From NCBI GenBank assembly GCA_038886995.1, contig JAWALG010000017.1, positions 1-22,150 of the forward strand: a stretch of DNA of 22,150 nucleotides, given 5' to 3'. How positions within the stretch are numbered: the stretch's first letter is position 1; each line of letters begins with the position of its first letter. A program made the position numbers and the translations under genes. The notes under the pieces are model-generated. The model worked only from the letters and a program-made list of their open reading frames with translations. It did not search any database and was not told the DNA's origin. Shown here piece after piece: positions 15,962 to 22,150 of the stretch. This DNA comes from Candidatus Iainarchaeum sp. GTDB lineage: Archaea; Iainarchaeota; Iainarchaeia; Iainarchaeales; DTGL01.

Positions 15962-17068
15962 ATGGCAAACAAAACAGTAATTGCACCAAAGGAAATCGCT
16001 GACTGGGTAACATTCAAGAAGAATTTTGAACATCCGATACATGACTGGTTTTATTTTAAAGAGGGCTTTTCGAAGGAGCTTGTGGATTGGATCATGGATG
16101 TTTTTGGGTTGAAAGGACCTATATACGACCCCTTCTGTGGATGTGGCACTACGCTGTTGGCAGCAAAGCAGAGAAACATTGTTTCCTATGGCCTAGACAT
16201 TTCGCCATTGGCTGTGCTTATCAGCAAAGTTAAAACAAGAAATTATGATGTTGAAAAGCTAAGGGGCTCTATTGCAATCTGTAAAAGGGAGGCACCTAGC
16301 TTAGAAATCCAAAACAAGAAGATTTTCAAAAAATACTTCAGCAGTGAAAACATAGAAGATATTTGCATGATTAAACAAAACATCAAAAGCATACCTGATG
16401 AAAAAATACGAGACTTTTTTATGCTTGCACTAATGGATTCTGCTACAAAAGTAGCACTGGTCAAAAAGCAAGGCAGGAGCTTACGTAGGATAAAGAGAAG
16501 GCCTTTGCCCATAAGAAAAATTTTTTTTGAGAAAGTAGAAAAGATGGTAGGCGACTTAAGCAATTGTACTGCAACAGGCCCTGAGCCAAAGGTGATTGAA
16601 GGTGATGCTCGATACTTTGCGCTGCGTGAAAAAGCCAACGCTATAATCACATCCCCACCATATTTGGGAAAAGAAGAATATGCAAAGGTCTATAAAATTG
16701 AGTTGGGCCTATTCTTAGAGCAAGCACCTAAGCTGCAAACATACTTTGGCGAGATTAGAGAAATTCCAAAAACTGGAAAGTATGAAGAGATGCCTATCGA
16801 AGCCAAAGCGTATTTTTTAGATATGGAAAAAGCTATTGAAAAAATGCATGAATCTTTAGAAAAAGGCGGCCTGGCATTTATTGTTGTTGCGGGCGGTTGT
16901 TTGCCAAATGCTGTCATTGAGTCAGATGAGATAATTGAGCAAATTGCTGAAAATGCTGGCTTTGCAAAGGTTGATAGAATACTTGCTAGGAAAGTGCCTT
17001 GTATGCGTGATCGCACAAAATTTGTGGGAAAAACAAGGGAAAGCATACTTGTGCTTGAAAAATGGTAA
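15962..17068 (+). CDS. DNA methyltransferase, probably N4-cytosine, alpha motif order
   Basis: SAM-binding DPFCGCGTT precedes catalytic TSPPY; N-terminal HDWFYFKEGFS. ATG 15962. Confidence 0.85.
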   Translation: MANKTVIAPKEIADWVTFKKNFEHPIHDWFYFKEGFSKELVDWIMDVFGLKGPIYDPFCGCGTTLLAAKQRNIVSYGLDISPLAVLISKVKTRNYDVEKLRGSIAICKREAPSLEIQNKKIFKKYFSSENIEDICMIKQNIKSIPDEKIRDFFMLALMDSATKVALVKKQGRSLRRIKRRPLPIRKIFFEKVEKMVGDLSNCTATGPEPKVIEGDARYFALREKANAIITSPPYLGKEEYAKVYKIELGLFLEQAPKLQTYFGEIREIPKTGKYEEMPIEAKAYFLDMEKAIEKMHESLEKGGLAFIVVAGGCLPNAVIESDEIIEQIAENAGFAKVDRILARKVPCMRDRTKFVGKTRESILVLEKW

Positions 17069-17138
17069 ACCCCTGAAATTAAAAAAAGTTCTTTTTTTAA
17101 ATAGTTCTTGCCAATAAGCAATTCTGTGAGGTTAGCAT

Positions 17139-17543
17139 ATGGCAATGCCAAGTTCACAGCTTTTTAAAGGCAAAGGTGTTAAAAAAGATCTGGTTCTTGA
17201 GCTTTCCCAAGGCGAAGATGTTTTTGAATGTATAAGGCAAGGAATGATGCAGCAAAAGATAAAAGAGGCAAATGTAAAAGCCATAGAAGGTGTGCTCTCA
17301 AAGGCTTCAATAAATTATATGAGCGGCTCTCGTTACATTTTTGATGAGCTTTCTGGTGTAAGTGTCTTAAAGACCCATGGAAAATATGAGTTGCGTGGCA
17401 AGAACAACGACGTTCTCTACGGAAACCTGCATGTAGTTGTAAAATTGGCCGGCAAGCCAGTAAGTGCAACTCTTACAAAAGCAACTGCAAGCGAAGGTTT
17501 AAAGATAAGGCTTCAGTTTGTAGAAGTTGAGGAGAAAAAATAG
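17139..17543 (+). CDS. PPC/DUF296-like domain protein (degenerate)
   Basis: LELSQGEDVFECI..IKEANV..GVLSKASI..NLHVVV matches the DUF296 fold pattern. Confidence 0.65.
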   Translation: MAMPSSQLFKGKGVKKDLVLELSQGEDVFECIRQGMMQQKIKEANVKAIEGVLSKASINYMSGSRYIFDELSGVSVLKTHGKYELRGKNNDVLYGNLHVVVKLAGKPVSATLTKATASEGLKIRLQFVEVEEKK

Positions 17544-17548
17544 CATGC

Positions 17549-17935
17549 TTAGGTAAGCTCATCTAGCATTCGAGCTATTTCAAGCATGTTCTTCATTATC
17601 CTTTCCACATCTTCCTGCATTTCGGAAATGGTGTTTGAAAGCGTACTTGCACGGAGCAAATATCTCCTTCTTTCCCTAACAATGAGGCCTGCTGCCATAA
17701 GGCGGTTAAGCTGGTTTATAACCGCGCCCCTGGATTTATTTATTCGTTCAGAAAGCTCTGTTGAGCTTAGGCCTTCTCTTGATTTGAGAAGCTCCAAAAG
17801 AATTTGCTTCGCAGTGTTTGTATCATATGCTTCTAAACATAACGACTTGCAAAGATACTCTATGGCGTTATCAAAAGTAGGTTCAGTTAAACGCTCAACT
17901 TTTCTCAAACGTATAACAAAAGAGGATCTGGGCAT
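17549..17935 (-). CDS. Winged-HTH transcriptional regulator
   Basis: GLSSTELSERINKSRGAVINQLNRLMAAGLIVR..YLL plus a C-terminal amphipathic helix. Confidence 0.88.
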   Translation of the reverse strand: MPRSSFVIRLRKVERLTEPTFDNAIEYLCKSLCLEAYDTNTAKQILLELLKSREGLSSTELSERINKSRGAVINQLNRLMAAGLIVRERRRYLLRASTLSNTISEMQEDVERIMKNMLEIARMLDELT

Positions 17936-17952
17936 AATTAGAATATGGCAAA

Positions 17953-18003
17953 GAAAGCTTTTTAAATACTTTGTTCAATAAATATTGAATATGTTCAATA
18001 AAA
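17953..18003 (+). promoter_or_regulatory. hsp20 operon promoter with a triple inverted-repeat operator
   Basis: Purine-rich BRE-like GAAAGC plus TTTTTAAATA (17959-17968), followed by TTCAATA-AA-TATTGAA-TATG-TTCAATA (17974-18000). Confidence 0.7.
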
Positions 18004-18033
18004 CTTAGACAAAAAAAATAAGGAGGTGGTCAC

Positions 18034-18465
18034 ATGAGGAGAAGGTTTGGCTTTTTTGACCCATTTGAGGATATGAGGCGCATGCTTTCAAGTTTTTATG
18101 AGTTTGACAACGAAGATTTTCCTGTAGAAAGCCGAATGAGGTATCCAGCGGCCGATCTTTGGGAATCAGATGACGCATACCACCTTAGCATTGACATGCC
18201 GGGCGTGCAAAAGCAGGACATAAACATAAATATAGTTGACAATGGTCTAGAGATTACTGCAAAAAAGAAAGAGAAGCACGAAGAGAGAACACGCAACTTC
18301 TATAGAATGGAGCGCAACTACAGTGGCTTCTACAGGTTTGTGACATTGCCAGAAAACGCAGAGCTTGAAAAGGCAGACGCTAAGTACGAGAATGGTGTTT
18401 TGGAGATAAAAATACCAAAAAGCAAGGAAAAAGTTTCGGGAAAGAAGCTGATTGAGATAAAGTGA
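18034..18465 (+). CDS. hsp20: Small heat shock protein (Hsp20/alpha-crystallin)
   Basis: DMPGVQKQDI, ERNYSGFYRFVTLP, AKYENGVLEIKIPK, C-terminal IEI motif; SD GGAGGTG. Confidence 0.97.
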   Translation: MRRRFGFFDPFEDMRRMLSSFYEFDNEDFPVESRMRYPAADLWESDDAYHLSIDMPGVQKQDININIVDNGLEITAKKKEKHEERTRNFYRMERNYSGFYRFVTLPENAELEKADAKYENGVLEIKIPKSKEKVSGKKLIEIK

Positions 18466-18495
18466 TGAAATCAGCTTCTTTCATCTTAATTTTTT
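18464..18495 (+). terminator. Intercistronic hairpin plus T tract (terminator or stability element)
   Basis: GATGAAA(18464-18470)/TTTCATC(18479-18485) followed by TTAATTTTTT. Confidence 0.4.
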
Positions 18496-18520
18496 AATTC
18501 TGATATTTGGAGGGGATTTC

Positions 18521-18904
18521 ATGTTTGATGATAGTTTTTTTGATGATTTTGAAGATTTAGAAAGCTGGTTCTTTGGAGACAAAGCCGGCCACAGGGAAAG
18601 TGAAGCAGGGCGCTCACAGCTGACCCATGACGTTTGGGAAAGTGATAGTCGAATATTTGTAACCCTAGAATTGCCTGGAGCAAAAGAAAATGATATAGAG
18701 TATCAGATATCAGCCAATAGGCTTTTTATAAAAGTAAGGGAAAACAGCTCTGCAGAGCAGAGTGGTTATTATGCAACAATCAGGTTGCCATCAGCTGTGA
18801 AGGAAAGGCCTGTAAGCAAGACGTTCAAAAATGGTGTTTTGGAGCTAATATGGGAAAAGAGCAATGGTTCAACACAAAAGGGACAAAGAATAGAAGTTAG
18901 ATAA
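18521..18904 (+). CDS. Second small heat shock protein (Hsp20 family)
   Basis: ELPGAKENDI, IRLP, FKNGVLEL, C-terminal IEV; GGAGG SD. Confidence 0.9.
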   Translation: MFDDSFFDDFEDLESWFFGDKAGHRESEAGRSQLTHDVWESDSRIFVTLELPGAKENDIEYQISANRLFIKVRENSSAEQSGYYATIRLPSAVKERPVSKTFKNGVLELIWEKSNGSTQKGQRIEVR

Positions 18905-18923
18905 AATTAAAGGGTGATTTAGT

Positions 18924-21116
18924 ATGGGTGGCAAAGATAAAAGCAAAGATAAATGTTCAAAGAGTCAAAATGAAGCAAAAAAAGAAATCGAACTCACTGT
19001 CGGTGAAGCATATAAGATGGATGTTGGAAGAGGCATTGCGAGAATGAGCACATATGCAATGAATTCTCTTGGAATTGTTGCGGGTGACGCTGTGCTTATT
19101 AAAGGGCCTGAGGAGGCGCTTGCAATTGTATGGCGCGCCCATAATGATGAAGAAGAAAAGGAAATAATAAGGCTTGACAATGTGCTTAGGAATAATGCAA
19201 AAGTTTCCGTGGGTGACAAAGTAACTGTTAAAAAAGTTGATCTAGAAGAAGCTAAGAGTGTGACTCTTGCACCATTGGAAGAAGTTAGGTTTTCCGGAGA
19301 TCCTACGCATTATTTCCACGAAAAACTTATGGAAAAAGCAGTTATGAAAAATGCAATGATTGCGATTGATGTTATGGGTACAACCCTGCACTATATTGTA
19401 ACAAACCTACAACCAAAATGCTTTGCAAAAATAACGCCAAACACAAAGATAATTGTCTCTGAGAAGCGCGTTAAGGCAGAAGCAATGAAGATCCCAGCCA
19501 TAACATATGAAAATGTTGGCGGCCTTAAAGAGGAAATTTCAATGATAAGGGAAATGGTTGAATTACCAATGAGGCATCCAGAGGTATTTGAGCGCATTGG
19601 CATAAGTGCACCTAAAGGCGTACTCTTAACAGGTCCGCCTGGATGCGGAAAAACATTGTTAGCGAAAGCAGTTGCAAATGAAAGCGAGGCAAACTTTTAC
19701 GCGATAAATGGTCCTGAAGTAATGAGCAAGTGGTATGGTGAGAGTGAGAAGCGCTTAAGGGATATATTCGAGGAAGCTGAAAAGAATGCACCGAGCATAA
19801 TATTCATAGATGAGATTGATGCTATTGCGCCGAAAAGAGAAGAAGTCACTGGGGAAGTTGAAAGGCGTGTTGTTGCGCAATTGTTGACATTGATGGACGG
19901 GTTAAAATCAAGAGGAAATGTGATAGTCATTGCGGCAACAAATAGGCCTGAGGCGCTTGACGAAGCATTGCGCAGGCCGGGGCGCTTTGACCGTGAGATA
20001 GCAATTAATGTCCCAGACCAGAAAGCCAGAAAAGAAATATTGCAGATACACACAAGAGGCATGCCCTTAGCAAAAGATGTTGATTTGGATAAGCTTGCCG
20101 AGATAACTATTGGCTACACTGGCGCTGACTTAGAAGTGCTTAGCAAAGAAGCAGCCATGAAAGCTCTTAGGAAATACATTCCCGAATTCAAGAAGTATGA
20201 AGAAAAGATACCTACGGAAATTCTCGAAAAAATGGAGGTAAGAATGAAGGACTTTTTAGAAGCATACAAAAAGATAGAGCCAAGTGCAATGCGTGAAGTC
20301 ATGATTCAAAAACCAAACATTAAGTGGAGTGATATTGGCGGCCTTGAAAGCGTAAAAAGCAAATTAAGGGAAATAATTGAGTGGCCTCTCAGAAGGCCTG
20401 AACTATTTAAGAAAGCAGGCATAAAGCCGGCAAAGGGTATACTTCTTTATGGGCCTCCGGGCACGGGAAAAACATTGCTGGCGAAAGCAGTTGCAAATGA
20501 AAGCGAAGCAAACTTTATTGCAGTGAAAGGGCCTGAGCTTATAAGCAAGTGGGTTGGGGAAAGCGAACGCAACATAAGAAAGATATTCCGGAAGGCGAGG
20601 CAGGTTGCACCTGCAATAATATTCTTTGATGAGTTTGATGCAATAAGTCAGGTGCGTGGGGCAAGCTTAACAGATGCTACAGAACGCGTAATAAATCAGC
20701 TTCTAACTGAACTAGATGGCATAGAAGAGCTTGAAAAGGTTGTAGTCATAGCAGCGACAAACAGGCCTGACTTGATTGACAAAGCTTTGCTAAGGCCGGG
20801 TAGGATTGATGTGCATATTGAGATTCCAATGCCTGATGAAAAAGAGCGTATTGAAATATTTAAGGTACACACGAGAAACATGCCCCTAGCAAAAGATGTA
20901 AAAATCACTGAGCTAGCTTCAGAAACAAATGGTTTCTCTGGCGCAGACATTGCCGCAGTATGTCGCGAAGCTGGAATGAGTGCCATAAGAGAAGCTGTTA
21001 GGAAAAACACGCAGCAAATCACAATAAGAGAAGAACACTTCAAGGATGCTATTGCCAAAATAATGGAAATGCGGGGCTCTTCAGTTGAAAGCCAAGTGCA
21101 GAAAGGGGCCACATAG
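18924..21116 (+). CDS. cdc48: Cdc48/VCP-family AAA+ ATPase
   Basis: N domain DVGRGIAR; D1 [23 protein letters not shown]2 [22 protein letters not shown]. Confidence 0.97.
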   Translation: MGGKDKSKDKCSKSQNEAKKEIELTVGEAYKMDVGRGIARMSTYAMNSLGIVAGDAVLIKGPEEALAIVWRAHNDEEEKEIIRLDNVLRNNAKVSVGDKVTVKKVDLEEAKSVTLAPLEEVRFSGDPTHYFHEKLMEKAVMKNAMIAIDVMGTTLHYIVTNLQPKCFAKITPNTKIIVSEKRVKAEAMKIPAITYENVGGLKEEISMIREMVELPMRHPEVFERIGISAPKGVLLTGPPGCGKTLLAKAVANESEANFYAINGPEVMSKWYGESEKRLRDIFEEAEKNAPSIIFIDEIDAIAPKREEVTGEVERRVVAQLLTLMDGLKSRGNVIVIAATNRPEALDEALRRPGRFDREIAINVPDQKARKEILQIHTRGMPLAKDVDLDKLAEITIGYTGADLEVLSKEAAMKALRKYIPEFKKYEEKIPTEILEKMEVRMKDFLEAYKKIEPSAMREVMIQKPNIKWSDIGGLESVKSKLREIIEWPLRRPELFKKAGIKPAKGILLYGPPGTGKTLLAKAVANESEANFIAVKGPELISKWVGESERNIRKIFRKARQVAPAIIFFDEFDAISQVRGASLTDATERVINQLLTELDGIEELEKVVVIAATNRPDLIDKALLRPGRIDVHIEIPMPDEKERIEIFKVHTRNMPLAKDVKITELASETNGFSGADIAAVCREAGMSAIREAVRKNTQQITIREEHFKDAIAKIMEMRGSSVESQVQKGAT

Positions 21117-21170
21117 AAATGATTAAAAGATAGGGTAATTTTTAATAACCTTTTGGCTTTTCTATTTTGC

Positions 21171-21368
21171 ATGCCTATGGGAAGATTGAGGGAAGGCAGG
21201 CCTCTTCCTGACACGCAGGAAATGAAACTGTGGAGAAAAAGCTACAGCAGCATGAGCTTTGAAGACCACGAAGAAAAACTGAGGTCTCTTGGGCTTGATG
21301 ACAATGACTTGGCAGAATTCAAGGAGGTTTGGGAAAGGGAAAGAAGGGAAAGCAAAGAGAAGAGATAG
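21171..21368 (+). CDS. Small charged hypothetical protein
   Basis: ATG 21171 lies about 25 nt after TTTTTAATAA; composition is typical of the coding regions here. Confidence 0.65.
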   Translation: MPMGRLREGRPLPDTQEMKLWRKSYSSMSFEDHEEKLRSLGLDDNDLAEFKEVWERERRESKEKR

Positions 21369-21549
21369 CACCTAAGCGAACCTAAGCGAAAAGATCGGGA
21401 ATTGGCTGCATAGAAGATGAATAAGCACGGATAGGCCTTTAGCATAATATTTAAAATGTTTTCTAATTATAAATACTAAAGCAAAAAATGCTTTCTTAGC
21501 TATGGGATTGGCCGACTTTTAAATCTTGTAATTTTAGCAGGGCGATATT

Positions 21550-21774
21550 GTGGAAGAAAAAAGGCATTTTCTAGTTCCAAAACACACAATTGTGCCAGCT
21601 GAAAAAGAAGCTGAAATCCTAAAGAAGTTTCATGCAACTAAGGAGGAACTTGCAACAATCCTAGCCTCTGATCCAATGGTAAAAAAGCTAAAGGCAAAAG
21701 TCGGAGATATTATTGAGATAGAACGCGAGTCCCCCATAGCAGGCAAAAGCATCTATTACAGAGTAGTAAGGTAA
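21550..21774 (+). CDS. rpo5: RNA polymerase subunit Rpo5 (H)
   Basis: HFLVPKH, I..SDP, GDIIEIERES..AG..YYRVV. Confidence 0.96.
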   Translation: MEEKRHFLVPKHTIVPAEKEAEILKKFHATKEELATILASDPMVKKLKAKVGDIIEIERESPIAGKSIYYRVVR

Positions 21775-21793
21775 GTTATTGCCTGGTGAGCGT

Positions 21794-22150
21794 ATGGATA
21801 CTTGGGCTCTTTTAGAAGCTTATTTTAGGGATAAGAGTATAGCGGACCTTGAGATCCAAAGTTATAACCAGTTCATTGAAGAAAAGCTTGATGAAATAGT
21901 AAGAGAAAACCAGCTCATTGTCCCAAAAATTGAGGAAGTGCGAGTTGAGCTCGGTAATATTCAGGTTCTAAAGCCCAGAATCATTGAAGCAGATGGTTCC
22001 CCAAGAGGTGAGTTTTTGCCAATGGAAGCCCGCTTGAGGAATATGACATATGCGGGCCCCATATATGTTGAGATGAAACTGTATCGGCGTGACATAGAGC
22101 AGGACTCAAGAACAGTTTACGTTGGTGACTTGCCGATACTTCTAAAATCA
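21794..22150 (+). CDS. rpo2: RNA polymerase subunit Rpo2 (B/B''), 5' partial
   Basis: Not in the ORF track because it runs off the window end. ATG 21794 after GGTGAG; translates to QSYNQFI..KPRIIEADG..PMEARLRNMTYA..VGDLPILLKS. Canonical position after rpo5. Confidence 0.96.
   Translation, partial: MDTWALLEAYFRDKSIADLEIQSYNQFIEEKLDEIVRENQLIVPKIEEVRVELGNIQVLKPRIIEADGSPRGEFLPMEARLRNMTYAGPIYVEMKLYRRDIEQDSRTVYVGDLPILLKS

Noticed and set aside
17974-18000. Eukaryote-like heat-shock element (nGAAn repeats)
   Set aside because: The TTC/GAA spacing does not follow the 5-bp HSE period; retained only as a generic operator.
18462-18503. Perfect GTGATGA ... CTGA resembling a second C/D sRNA
   Set aside because: Too short, with no D'/C' boxes or terminal stem. 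It overlaps the hsp20 stop and is better explained by a hairpin plus T tract.
618-21214. Numerous antisense ORFs inside polB, map, the stomatins, the methylase and cdc48
   Set aside because: Shadow frames of well-supported genes, with no motifs or initiation signals.
21370-21390. Tandem 10-mer as a CRISPR or att remnant
   Set aside because: Only two adjacent copies with no spacers, cas or integrase genes; no tRNA 3'-end duplication seen in the window.

Overview
AT-rich archaeal core-genome segment. Evidence for archaeal origin: PolB, type II Map, Cdc48, rpo5-rpo2, tRNA-Arg(GCG), C1-G72 tRNA-Tyr, TATA boxes and GGTGA/GGAGG Shine-Dalgarno sites. A DPANN-type lineage is my inference only. The window holds about 27 CDS and 8 CCA-less tRNA genes, one with an intron. 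The CDS include polB, map, hisS, a degenerate rpiA, a class II aldolase, a gamma-CA-like protein, DUF116, DUF2666, two stomatins, a GLIC-like pentameric ligand-gated channel, an orphan N4-C methyltransferase, DUF296, an HTH regulator divergent from hsp20-hsp20-cdc48, rpo5 and the 5' part of rpo2. The most notable unannotated element is a minus-strand box C/D guide sRNA (8958-9029). Its D' guide is complementary to the D-arm of the tRNA-Met(CAT) encoded about 400 bp away, and both guides point to tRNA position C13. Other oddities are a His at the PolB steric gate, RpiA lacking its catalytic motifs, A18/G55 covariant tRNAs, near-identical U-tract/SD junctions downstream of tRNAs, and a triple inverted-repeat operator in front of the heat-shock operon. 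No CRISPR array, intein or mobile element was seen.
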